In this document: piece after piece, positions 1-8,977 of the stretch | How positions within the stretch are numbered: the stretch's first letter is position 1 | How the letters are laid out: every line of letters begins with the position of its first letter | Assembly (NCBI GenBank): GCA_963726455.1 | Contig: CAVSCK010000004.1 | Span: 32,001 to 96,000, forward strand | DNA from: an uncultured bacterium | GTDB taxonomy: Bacteria > Zixibacteria > MSB-5A5 > CAIYYT01 | DNA: 64,000 bases | Direction: 5' to 3' | Notes under the pieces: model-generated | What the model saw: the letters and a program-made list of their open reading frames with translations, nothing else | The model's database searches: none | What the model was told of the DNA's origin: nothing | Program-made: the position numbers and the translations under genes

Positions 1-1705
1 AGGCGATAAGATTCACAGCGTCAGAGATGTCCACTGCGCCGCTGCCGTCAGCGTCGCCGCAAACGTAAGTCTGCACGGTCAGCGTCTTGCTCGAACTGCC
101 ATGCGGGTCAGCGACATTCACGCGAATACTGTCAGTCATCAGTGCGCCGGGTATGATTCCCACTAAACTGTCATGGCTGATTGTTGTCCAGGCCGGATGA
201 TAATCATAGCTGATCTGATGCAGGGTGTCATCGAGGTCGGTGTAATGCGGGTAATAGGCGAACGAAGCACCGGCGCGCAGTATCATGTTGGTGTCCGTAA
301 TCAGCGGCATCATGTTGATGTCAACGCGGAATTCATGCGCGGCGACCTCACCGAGGTAAGGATGCGTGACCACTTTGGCCGAATCATCGGCCGCCTTGAG
401 GTAATAGCGAATGGTTGCCGCTGAAGTTTGACGAGGGATGTAGCCCGCGAATGAGTCAGGAACGGCTGTGGCGCTCAGCAACGCAAACTGGAACGGCCCG
501 CCGTTAACCTGGTAGTAGATCCTGAGCGAATCAGAGATGAATTGCCCATGCGAGTGCGCATAGATATGGGCGCCGACCGGATAATCATTTATCGTGTCAG
601 TCGTCGTTGAAAGTGGAACGTGCCGGATGTAGATCATGTGTTCGTCGGCGATTCCCATCGCGCGACAGTGAATGGCATCGTCGGACAACCACGAGCCGGT
701 GAAGCCGAGAACTTCGTAGCCGGGCATGGCGTCCCGATAGACGGCCAGTGCCGAATCATCCCAGGTGGTGCTGAAGGTGGGCACGAGCACTTTCTTGTTC
801 AGAATGAGCGAATTAGTATAGGCGGTGCCGGTCGGGCAGAATACGCGGACGACTTTGTAGGGCTTACCCCATGGGCTCATCAGGTGCGACATGGAATCGG
901 CACGAGCATTGTAGTTGGCGTAGAACGGATCGCTCGGCGCAACGTTCTTGACTAAGATCGTTGCCGGATCGAGCATTTTCGCCCAGCAGTCGATGTGATG
1001 AATACCGTACGTTTCGACATAAGGCCAGACGGTGAATTCGTTGCCCATGTATTGCTTCATGTAGTCTCTTACCTGTTGCTGGCTATAAGACGAGTTTTCG
1101 TCGTAGACCAGCCAGGAGGACATCGAGGTGCCGAGGCCGTCGCACATGTGATTGCCACCGGGAGTTGCAAGAGGAAGAGCATAGACGGGAACTCCCCAAA
1201 GCGATCCCAAGGTCGCCGGGATGACATCATCCTGCGGGCGCGGGCGATTGTAGATCGGGTCGACGATACCCACGTTACCGCTGCCGTCGAAAATATACCA
1301 GGGGCCGTAATCTCGGGTCCAGATGGAATTCGTGGCGGCAATGATGAACTGCGTGTTCGCCATATTCACGCCGCCGGAAGTATAGGAACTGATGGCCTGA
1401 TTCTTTTCAGAAAGGGTGCCGACCAGCGTGTAGACCATACAGTCTTCCGCCATTTCCTTGACAATGGCAACAGAAATACCAAGCGGCCAACGAATCAGAA
1501 CGCCCTTCATCGGCTCCCATTCGGCGCAAGCGTGCATGATGCCGGGAGGCGGCGCAGTTCGTTGGAAATTGAGGCCGATTTCGTTCAGGCGTGTTTTTTC
1601 CTCATCGGTCAGGCCGATCGGGAGGTTTTGATCCTGTGCCGCCGATAGCAGCGGCGCGTGGATGCTCAAGAGCCCCAGCAGCATGAGCAGCGATAGCAAT
1701 CTCAT
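1..1705 (-). CDS. Secreted agmatine/peptidyl-arginine deiminase family protein with C-terminal dockerin (3' end runs off the window)
   Basis: Not in the ORF track because it has no stop in the window. Manual translation from ATG 1705 gives signal peptide MRLLSLLMLLGLL..., then AEWEP, IWTRDYGP, TGGN, HIDCW and DAIHC (catalytic Cys). The in-frame end is TYVCGDADGSGAVDISDAVNLIA, a dockerin. Confidence 0.88.
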   Translation of the reverse strand, partial: MRLLSLLMLLGLLSIHAPLLSAAQDQNLPIGLTDEEKTRLNEIGLNFQRTAPPPGIMHACAEWEPMKGVLIRWPLGISVAIVKEMAEDCMVYTLVGTLSEKNQAISSYTSGGVNMANTQFIIAATNSIWTRDYGPWYIFDGSGNVGIVDPIYNRPRPQDDVIPATLGSLWGVPVYALPLATPGGNHMCDGLGTSMSSWLVYDENSSYSQQQVRDYMKQYMGNEFTVWPYVETYGIHHIDCWAKMLDPATILVKNVAPSDPFYANYNARADSMSHLMSPWGKPYKVVRVFCPTGTAYTNSLILNKKVLVPTFSTTWDDSALAVYRDAMPGYEVLGFTGSWLSDDAIHCRAMGIADEHMIYIRHVPLSTTTDTINDYPVGAHIYAHSHGQFISDSLRIYYQVNGGPFQFALLSATAVPDSFAGYIPRQTSAATIRYYLKAADDSAKVVTHPYLGEVAAHEFRVDINMMPLITDTNMILRAGASFAYYPHYTDLDDTLHQISYDYHPAWTTISHDSLVGIIPGALMTDSIRVNVADPHGSSSKTLTVQTYVCGDADGSGAVDISDAVNLIA

Positions 1706-2178
1706 CGTTTCACCTTTATGTTCGCAAGTAGTCTCGGTGCAAGTAACCGTCCTGTCATGACGGCGGTTGTCGACACTGTCAATATAGCAGGAAACCGCAT
1801 TTATCCAAGCTGAAAGTAGGGCTGAGCGCCGTGGAAATCGCTTCAGAACCACGTGCCGGCCAACTACTTGGACTAGCCAGGCCCGGCAGTTGGGTCGGTA
1901 CTGGTCGCCGTGACTTTGGAAGTCCCATCATTTGACCGGAGAAGGCACAATCAGTGCAAGCGGATGCAGTCTGTCGGCAGTTAATCGCAGTTGGCTCCGG
2001 CAAGGCACTTAAAGTATTACTTTCACAAAGCCGTTCAGTTGATTCTTTGGCAATGACGAAACTTTGAACCCGGTTGGTGGTCAAGAGACGCGAGATCTGC
2101 GACTGCTTCGGCATAACTCTTGCGTAGTTAGTGTGTGGCAGAATTGAAAGACCGTCCGGCGGTCTTGCGGAGGCAGTC

Positions 2179-2424
2179 ATGCGCAAACTTGTGATATCAA
2201 CAAATCTCATAGTCTTTCTCGGTTCATTGGTTTTGGAACTAATGGGGATCGGCCTGATAGCCCGCTGGCGGACGCACGAACTATACTCGTTTGTCAGCGT
2301 GACCGGCCACGGGACGATGATTACATTTCTGTATTCCGTGTTCTTCTTGCTGTTGCCGTTCGTCAATTTCGTGGCCTTGATATCCAAGGACAGGGGTTTC
2401 CTGATCGAGGAATCGAAACGTTAG
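2179..2424 (+). CDS. Small hypothetical membrane protein (2 TM, 81 aa)
   Basis: GGAGG RBS before ATG 2179; two hydrophobic segments; 15 bp upstream of the next gene. Confidence 0.5.
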   Translation: MRKLVISTNLIVFLGSLVLELMGIGLIARWRTHELYSFVSVTGHGTMITFLYSVFFLLLPFVNFVALISKDRGFLIEESKR

Positions 2425-2439
2425 CATCCGGAGAAGGTC

Positions 2440-2859
2440 TTGACGGATTTGATTTTCGCAGACGTGATTCTGGTCATTCACTTCCTGTGGGTGATTTTCA
2501 TGATTGGCGGATTCGTGCTGACGCTTTGCGCGTTCAGGTGGAAACGACTATTCGAGTGGTTCTGGCTGCGAACGATACATGTGGTCGGAATCGTGTTCGT
2601 GGCGACACTGGAGATTTTCGGCTGGTATTGTCCGCTGACGACCTGGGAGATGGCGCTGCGCCAACATGTCGATCCCAACGCCGTGTACGCCGGATCATTT
2701 GTCATTCACTGGATTGAGAGATTGATTTATCCTGACGTCAGTCCGCTGGTGTTGACGATTCCGGCGATAGCGATAGCGGCGGTGACGGTGGTCGTATATG
2801 TGGTGAGGCCGCCGGAGAGGGTGCTGAGGATGTTGGGGCGGAATCCGAGCAGAAGATAA
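2440..2859 (+). CDS. DUF2784 family membrane protein
   Basis: AD.ILVIHFLW, H..G, CPLT.WE..LR and YAGSFV.HWIERLIYP motifs. Confidence 0.85.
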   Translation: MTDLIFADVILVIHFLWVIFMIGGFVLTLCAFRWKRLFEWFWLRTIHVVGIVFVATLEIFGWYCPLTTWEMALRQHVDPNAVYAGSFVIHWIERLIYPDVSPLVLTIPAIAIAAVTVVVYVVRPPERVLRMLGRNPSRR

Positions 2860-3075
2860 TGTCGGGTTTCTCGTCCGGTGATGAAATCGGCATTAATCAT
2901 GTGATAGGCGCACTGCCGAATGCAACCGTATAGGCGTTCGTCACAACGGACTCCGAACCCGACCTACTGGACTTGCATGACATTCATTCCCACAGCAAGC
3001 TGTGGGGTACCGTTGTTGATGCGACGGACTCGGAACTCGACCTGCTAACATTCCCACCGCAAGCGGTGGGGTACC
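2858..3075. repeat. Cluster of REP-like hairpins between convergent genes
   Basis: AATGTCGGGTTTC...GAACCCGACCTAC inverted repeat at 2858-2967. Two copies of CCCAC(A/C)GC-AA-GC(T/G)GTGGG followed by GTACC at 2989-3006 and 3053-3070. A repeated CGGACTC.GAAC.CGACCT unit. Confidence 0.75.
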
Positions 3076-3082
3076 GTGGGAA

Positions 3083-3676
3083 TTATTTCTTCCCCGGAGG
3101 TGAATCGAGCGGCGCGCCCACGGCGATATCGCAGCGATGATTTGGCTGTCCGTGCGGCGGATTCATGCCCGGAGCAGTCGCGGCGGTTGTAGTCGGAGTC
3201 GTGGTGTTTGGCTGCTGGACAATAGTTGGCGTTGCAACCTGCTTCACAGGCGTACTGAGCGGCTCACCGACCTTGATATCACAGCGATGATTCGGCTGTC
3301 CGTGGGGAGGATTCATACCCGGCGCTGTCGTGACTTGTGCAGTCTGGGCAGGCGCATTTAGTGGTGAAGCATTAGGTAACGACTTTCCCGTTCCTGCAGG
3401 CGAATTAAGCGGCGCACCAACGGCGATATCGCAGCGATGATTCGGCTGTCCGTGCGGGGGATTCATGGCCTGGTCAGAAGCGGATTCGGAGGCCAGAACC
3501 GGTGCCGCTCCATCGGGATTGGCGGTTGGTGTGGTCGAACCTGTTGTCGATTGAGCTGACGCGGGGGCAGACTGTGATATGCCTGAAGTTGTGCCTGGGA
3601 CCTCTTTCGATGACTTATTGCAGCCAAACGCAAAGACAATTAAGAAGACTGCGATCGTGATGCTTAAGAGTTTCAT
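3083..3676 (-). CDS. Lipoprotein with three MNPPHGQPNHRCDI.VG.PL repeats
   Basis: Lipobox AFGC after MKLLSITIAV...; three near-identical His/His/Cys motifs separated by Pro/Thr/Ala-rich linkers. Confidence 0.85.
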   Translation of the reverse strand: MKLLSITIAVFLIVFAFGCNKSSKEVPGTTSGISQSAPASAQSTTGSTTPTANPDGAAPVLASESASDQAMNPPHGQPNHRCDIAVGAPLNSPAGTGKSLPNASPLNAPAQTAQVTTAPGMNPPHGQPNHRCDIKVGEPLSTPVKQVATPTIVQQPNTTTPTTTAATAPGMNPPHGQPNHRCDIAVGAPLDSPPGKK

Positions 3677-3799
3677 AAATAACCTTCTACTTTCGATGTG
3701 TATGCCGTATGACAATTCCAGAATAACTCTATTGACAGGAATGCTGATTCAAGATAATGCCGACAGGGGCTGGAAGCAAGGTGATTGTGGCGGGGTTCG

Positions 3800-3949
3800 G
3801 TAGGTCGAAACCCCTAATGGATTTTGGTTGCCATTGCGACACGCCTCTCCGGGGTTTCGACAATTCCGTTCCATTGATACAGAGCAATGTCGAAACCCCG
3901 TTCATGGGCGTGAGAGATGTGCGCGATACCACTAGGGGTTTCGACCTAC
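3800..3949. repeat. REPIN-like element, copy 1 (150 bp)
   Basis: Termini GTAGGTCGAAACCCCTA and TAGGGGTTTCGACCTAC; internal GGGGTTTCGACAAT and ATGTCGAAACCCC; near-identical copy at 4930-5081. Confidence 0.9.
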
Positions 3950-4368
3950 GAAACTGGGCCACCCTCGTCGATCCAAACAATCTGAACATCTTTCCCGGCT
4001 ATGTGGATGAACGCACTCCACTCCTGCACCGTGAATCGGTAGCACGAGACTCCGGGCATGAAAGTCTCGGACAATTGCGCAAGTTGTGGGAATCTATCGG
4101 GCTTGGCAGTGCTTCCATAAACGGTTAGGGGCGAACCGTGTGGCATGTAGCGATAGTAAGGATCAGGATGGTCAATCACGCAAAAGTATAGTTCAGAGAC
4201 TTGCACCTTCCCCATTCGGTAATCCTCCTGCTTCGGGCTACCGGGTCTGCTCACGTCAAGCCCCATGTGCAGAACTAGAGTCCCGTTGACGTAGTCGATC
4301 CTGATCTCATATAGTTTTGCAGCATCGAAACCATGTGGCAGCTTACCTTCCAATTCCTCGAATGTCAT
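3946..4368 (-). CDS. Hypothetical protein, paralogue of 4445-4897 (Imm50-like?)
   Basis: MTFEELE..LP.GF, EDYR..K.QV..LYFC, YRF.V..W...I.IA..DVQI.W.D.G shared with its neighbour; stop codon lies inside the REP terminus. Confidence 0.75.
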   Translation of the reverse strand: MTFEELEGKLPHGFDAAKLYEIRIDYVNGTLVLHMGLDVSRPGSPKQEDYRMGKVQVSELYFCVIDHPDPYYRYMPHGSPLTVYGSTAKPDRFPQLAQLSETFMPGVSCYRFTVQEWSAFIHIAGKDVQIVWIDEGGPVS

Positions 4369-4444
4369 TGAACATCTCGCTTTCTCTATAGTTTTCTGCG
4401 CAACGGGATGCACAATTGGCGACTGACATTCCCGCTCCGCAACC

Positions 4445-4897
4445 TTATTCTTCTGTTGTCTCTCCCCCGTCGAGCCAAGTAATCTGGACGTCCCTTGCGG
4501 CAATGATAATGCAGGAGCGCCAGTCTTCCACGAAGAATCGATATACGGTAATCCCCGGTGGGGGATTGTGCAAGAGAGGCTCGAGCGGTATCATCGTCCC
4601 GGGACCGCCGCTGTCTCCTTTGACACACAAAGGATACCCACGTGGCACATACTCACGGTTCAGCGCGAGCCCAGTGTCAGGGCTAGGGGGACCGATTGAG
4701 CAGAAATAGAGACCTGTAACCTGCAGCTTTGCCGCCCGGTAGTCTTCCTTCGAAGGACCGGTATCGTTATAGTCTCCGTAGTCCAAAGCCATATGCATCA
4801 CCGCGGTCCCGTTTACCAGATCGATCTTCAGATCATGTAGAAAGTCATCATGGAACCCGCTCGGCAATTCTCTTTCCAGTTCCTCGAATGTCATCAT
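4445..4897 (-). CDS. Hypothetical protein, Imm50-like immunity candidate
   Basis: N-terminal LPSGFHDDFL..L.ID motif; paralogous to the downstream gene. Confidence 0.75.
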   Translation of the reverse strand: MMTFEELERELPSGFHDDFLHDLKIDLVNGTAVMHMALDYGDYNDTGPSKEDYRAAKLQVTGLYFCSIGPPSPDTGLALNREYVPRGYPLCVKGDSGGPGTMIPLEPLLHNPPPGITVYRFFVEDWRSCIIIAARDVQITWLDGGETTEE

Positions 4898-4929
4898 ACA
4901 TCTCGCTTTCTCTTGAACACTCTAGTTCA

Positions 4930-5081
4930 GTAGGTCGAAACCCCTAATGGATTTCGGTTGCCATTACGACGCACCTTTCCGGGTTTCGACAATCTCTGTT
5001 CAATCGCCGCAAAAAAAGATGTCGAAACCCCGTTCATGGGCGTGAAAGATGTGCGCGGTACCACTAGGGGTTTCGACCTAC
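4930..5081. repeat. REPIN-like element, copy 2 (152 bp)
   Basis: Same four GTCGAAACCCC/GGGGTTTCGAC arms and similar spacers as 3800-3949, in direct orientation. Confidence 0.9.
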
Positions 5082-5085
5082 GAAA

Positions 5086-6198
5086 CTACTTCACAAACCC
5101 CGGGACGAACTTGCCGTCTTTGTAGATTAGTTCGTCGTCGCCGTAAATTTCGCCGCCTTTGCGCAGGTCGCAGACCATGTCCCAATGGATGGCCGATTGG
5201 TTAGTTCCGCCGGCTTCGTAAATCGCGTTGCCGACCGCCATGTGGCAGGTGCCGCCGATTTTTTCGTCAAAGAGCGTATTCTTGGAGAAGGTCTGGATGC
5301 CGTAATTGGTGCCGATCGCAAATTCACCGATACGCTTGGCGCCCTCATCGACATTCAACATCTCGCGCAGGAAGTCGATGCCTTTGCCGGCGGTGAAATC
5401 ACTGACCACACCGTCTTTGAATTTGAGTTGCACGTTTTCGACTTCACGCCCGGCGTAGGTAGCGGGATAGGTATAGGTGATGACACCGTTGGCGGAGTTT
5501 TCGATGGGGCTGGTGAAGATTTCGCCGTCGGGGAAATTCTCAGTGCCGTCGCAGTTGATCCATTTGCGTCCGGCGACATTGAGACGCAGGTCGGTGTCAG
5601 CGCTCTTGACATGGATCGTTTTGAGCCGGGTTAGCGCGACGGCGATCTTCTCCTGTTCGGCGGAAATTCGTTTCCACTGGCTGATCGGGTCGGCAGTGTC
5701 GCAGTAACCAGCGGAATAAACGAAATCCTCGAATTCGGTCAGTGACTTACCGGCGTCCTGAGCCATGGCATTATTCGGGAACAACGTCCCGCACCAGCGC
5801 AGTGACTGGTCGGCAGTGCGACGGAAGAATATCTCCGAGATCTCTTTGCGCGCTGCCTGCGCCATCGCCTGTCGTTTGGGGTCGGTGTTGGTGAGATACT
5901 TGGTGTTATCCGAGCCCCAGACGAACAAACGCGCATCGATGCGTTCAATTTCGTTTTTGCGCAGCGGGGAGACGAACTTGAGTTGTTCTTCGGAAGCGTT
6001 CTTGAAATAGATTTCAGTGAAGTCCTCTACATACAGTTCGACGTAGGGGAAGGCGCCGTTTTCGAGCGCTTTCTTGTAGACTGCTTTCGCCAGCGGCAGC
6101 GCCTGCACCGGCACTTCGATCTTGAACAGATCACCCTTTTTGATTCGCAGCGAGTAGTTGACCATGACGTCGGCAAGTTTTTCAATGCGTGGATCCAT
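5086..6198 (-). CDS. M29 family aminopeptidase (AmpS/aminopeptidase II-like)
   Basis: MDPRIEKLA..V.YSL, NFPDGEIFTSP, GEFAIGTN, LFDEKIGGTCHMA.G and SAIHWDMV motifs. Confidence 0.95.
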   Translation of the reverse strand: MDPRIEKLADVMVNYSLRIKKGDLFKIEVPVQALPLAKAVYKKALENGAFPYVELYVEDFTEIYFKNASEEQLKFVSPLRKNEIERIDARLFVWGSDNTKYLTNTDPKRQAMAQAARKEISEIFFRRTADQSLRWCGTLFPNNAMAQDAGKSLTEFEDFVYSAGYCDTADPISQWKRISAEQEKIAVALTRLKTIHVKSADTDLRLNVAGRKWINCDGTENFPDGEIFTSPIENSANGVITYTYPATYAGREVENVQLKFKDGVVSDFTAGKGIDFLREMLNVDEGAKRIGEFAIGTNYGIQTFSKNTLFDEKIGGTCHMAVGNAIYEAGGTNQSAIHWDMVCDLRKGGEIYGDDELIYKDGKFVPGFVK

Positions 6199-6218
6199 GA
6201 CATCCTCTCATCAGTAGT

Positions 6219-6701
6219 TTATCGTTTGTAAGTAGCTTTTTCGAGGTCAAGTAGCTGACGTTTAACCGGCAGACCGCCGCCGAAGCCACCCAGCGTTCTG
6301 TCAGCTTTGAGCACACGGTGGCAGGGAATAACGATCGGCAGGGGATTATGCGCACACGCACTACCGGCCGCGCGGAACGCATTGGGCGAACCGGCGCGCT
6401 CGGCGAGCGTTCGGTAGCTGATGGTTTCACCGTAGGGAACGCGGGCGAGCGCCTGGAGCGCTTTCTGATTGAAACCGTCAACGTTGAGAGAGTAGGGGAA
6501 GGTGAACTTCGTCAATTCGCCTCGGAAGTAACGTTGGAGTTCGTCGACTGCCTGCTGGTAGGCTGTTGCGCTGGTGGAGATGTTGCTCTTGTACGGACTC
6601 GGAACCGGCGATCCTTCGAACAGGATGCATTCGACGACATTGCCGTCGCCGATCAAGGTGAGTTCGCCGATGATGGTTTTGACTTTGCGGGCTGAGTACA
6701 T
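6219..6701 (-). CDS. ogt: Methylated-DNA--protein-cysteine S-methyltransferase
   Basis: VPYGETISY, RAAGSAC and NP..IVIPCHRV (PCHR active site). Confidence 0.95.
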   Translation of the reverse strand: MYSARKVKTIIGELTLIGDGNVVECILFEGSPVPSPYKSNISTSATAYQQAVDELQRYFRGELTKFTFPYSLNVDGFNQKALQALARVPYGETISYRTLAERAGSPNAFRAAGSACAHNPLPIVIPCHRVLKADRTLGGFGGGLPVKRQLLDLEKATYKR

Positions 6702-7050
6702 TCTAAGCGCTCCTCTGACTGAGATGCCAATATAACACCCCGAACCTACTTGTAAATACTGTTAGAATGCTGTAGAAGTTTTGTACATTCCTCTGCACGG
6801 ATGACTGGCTGGTTTCGTATCATGGTGTATGTCACGTGGTTAAAGGTGTGCTCGATGCAGACAGCCAAATGGTAACAGTCGAAATCGTGACTGCGCGGGA
6901 AGGATGATTGGTTAAGATGCTCAGGGATACTCTTTTATCCTCGCTGTTCAGGAAAAGTGCGCGAACACGGAAACAATATTGTTTGTATAACCGTTGTAAT
7001 GATAAGAAGATACCAGCCGATCAGAACAAAGTGGCGATCAGGAGGGTAGC

Positions 7051-7080
7051 TTGACAGAATGGATGAAATCCTTTTATTGT
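7051..7080 (+). promoter_or_regulatory. Putative sigma70 promoter of ctpA
   Basis: TTGACA-N18-TATTGT upstream of a GGAGG RBS. Confidence 0.5.
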
Positions 7081-7108
7081 AAGCGACATCAGCTTGGAGG
7101 AATAATAC

Positions 7109-8902
7109 ATGAGTGACTTTCGTCTTCGAATCTATGTGTTAATGCTGGCGATTATCGCCATCGGTGTGATCTGGGTAGTTGGGTCGGGCGACGCGGCTCA
7201 AAATGCGCTGCAGGATGTGGTGTACAGCAAGGGTGTTTATGCGCAGACAGGGCAGCCGCCGGCAGAGACAGAGCCGATGGACGCTCAGAAGCACTCGATT
7301 GCCTATTACACCAAGCTGATGGCAGATATCGCCTACAAGATACACACGCGTTACATGGAAGATGTCGACCCGGAGAGTCTGGTCGAATCTGGAATTGAAG
7401 GGATGCTCTCCAACCTTGACCCGTACAGTGTGATCCTGAAGCCGAAGACTTACAACGCGCTGATGGAAAACACGCACGGCAAGTATGAGGGCGTCGGCAT
7501 GCAGATTGATCTGCGCGATAATCGGGTGACGATTGTGGCGCCGATGGAAGGCACGCCCGCCTGGAGAATGGGATTCCGCGCCGGTGACCAGATCATGAAA
7601 ATTGATTCGGTCTCTACGGACGGAATGAACACTGAGGACGCCGCGAATTTGATGCGCGGCCAGGCAGGAACCAAGGTGAAATTGAGCATCAAGCGGCTCG
7701 GTGTTGAAGGGTTGATGGACTTTGAGGTTGAACGCGCCGTGATTGAGTTGAAGTCCGTCAAATACTACGGCGTGGTAGAACCGGGAATCGGCTACGTGCG
7801 CATCGACAAGTTTGCCGAGCAGACGACCGACGAGTTGAGAGATGCCATTCTCGATATGAAAAACAATATGGGCGTCAAGTCATTGATCTTTGACCTGCGC
7901 TCAAACGGCGGCGGCCTGCTGGATCAGGCGATTTCGGTCGCAAATCTGTTTCTGCCCAAAGATAAACTCGTGGTCGAAACCAAGGGCAAATATCCGGCCT
8001 CGGACAAGCAATATTATTCTTCGACCGACCCGATCTTTTCTGACGGTGAGGTCGTGGTGTTGGTGAACGGCGGAACGGCGTCGGCATCCGAAATCGTATC
8101 GGGCGCATTGCAGGATTGGGACCGCGCCGTGATTTTGGGTACCACGACTTTCGGCAAGGGTTTGGTGCAACAAATATTCGGTGGCGATCAGGGCGACTTT
8201 GCGCTGAAGCTGACGACGGCCAAGTACTACATCCCGTCGGGACGTTGTATTCAGAAGCCGGAGAAGGCACACAAGGGCACCGAAGATCTGATGGACGACA
8301 TCACGATCAGTACCAAGACTCCGGAAGTTGACAGTCTGCATCCGATCTTCTACACCAAAGCCGGACGCAAGGTATTTGGCGGTGGTGGAGTGGTTCCGGA
8401 CGTGGTAGTGGAAGAGGAAATGTGGAAGCCGATCGAATACAACTTGATTCGCAAGAATCTGTTCTTTGAATTTGCGGTCGATTACTCTGCCAAACATCCG
8501 GAAATCCAGAAGGATTTCGAAGTGTCGAATCAGATGTTCGAGGATTTCCGCAGCTACATCAAAGAGAAGAATTTTACGTACAAGACCGGGCTGGAGCTCG
8601 ATCTCGACAAATTCATCGATGCCGCCAAGGACGAGAAGAAGTCTGACCTGTTCCAGAAAGATGTTGCCGATTTGCAGGCCAACATCGACCGCGACAAGGC
8701 CAAGGATTTCGATGCGTCGAGAGACTACATTCGCCAGTCAATCAAGCGGGAAATCCTGCGCGCCAAGTTCGGTGAGAGCGCGGTTTATCAGTACCTGACG
8801 CTTAAGGAAGATAAGGATGTGCTGAAAGCGGCTGATCTGCTGAAGGACAAGACCAAATATGGTTCGCTTCTGAAGCCGATCAAGAGGGACAACAAGGGCT
8901 AA
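7109..8902 (+). CDS. ctpA: Carboxyl-terminal processing protease, S41 family
   Basis: LDPYS, PDZ domain, DLRSNGGGLL, TASASEIVSGALQD, TFGKGLVQ and LTTAKYY.PSGR motifs. Confidence 0.95.
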   Translation: MSDFRLRIYVLMLAIIAIGVIWVVGSGDAAQNALQDVVYSKGVYAQTGQPPAETEPMDAQKHSIAYYTKLMADIAYKIHTRYMEDVDPESLVESGIEGMLSNLDPYSVILKPKTYNALMENTHGKYEGVGMQIDLRDNRVTIVAPMEGTPAWRMGFRAGDQIMKIDSVSTDGMNTEDAANLMRGQAGTKVKLSIKRLGVEGLMDFEVERAVIELKSVKYYGVVEPGIGYVRIDKFAEQTTDELRDAILDMKNNMGVKSLIFDLRSNGGGLLDQAISVANLFLPKDKLVVETKGKYPASDKQYYSSTDPIFSDGEVVVLVNGGTASASEIVSGALQDWDRAVILGTTTFGKGLVQQIFGGDQGDFALKLTTAKYYIPSGRCIQKPEKAHKGTEDLMDDITISTKTPEVDSLHPIFYTKAGRKVFGGGGVVPDVVVEEEMWKPIEYNLIRKNLFFEFAVDYSAKHPEIQKDFEVSNQMFEDFRSYIKEKNFTYKTGLELDLDKFIDAAKDEKKSDLFQKDVADLQANIDRDKAKDFDASRDYIRQSIKREILRAKFGESAVYQYLTLKEDKDVLKAADLLKDKTKYGSLLKPIKRDNKG

Positions 8903-8928
8903 ACACCCGCAAGACAGAGACTATTATG

Positions 8929-8954
8929 AGGGCGGTCAAATGGCCGCCCTTTTT
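8929..8954 (+). terminator. Intrinsic terminator after ctpA
   Basis: AGGGCGGTCA-AA-TGGCCGCCCT followed by a T run. Confidence 0.8.
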
Positions 8955-8977
8955 GTTGGTGGCTATCAGATCACGAT

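Noticed and set aside
173-1648. + strand ORFs 173-424, 620-955 and 995-1648
   Set aside because: Antisense shadows of the - strand deiminase gene
1779-2387. 202-aa - strand ORF
   Set aside because: No recognisable motifs, and it overlaps an RBS-supported + strand membrane ORF
3800-5081. CRISPR array or integron attC sites (GTCGAAAC/GTTTCGAC resembles CRISPR repeat ends)
   Set aside because: The arms alternate in orientation, the spacers are conserved between copies rather than unique, there are no cas genes or integrase, and no RYYYAAC/GTTRRRY boxes
6702-7050. Hidden gene or RNA in the ogt-ctpA intergenic region
   Set aside because: No RBS-supported ORF or convincing structure; consistent with divergent promoters
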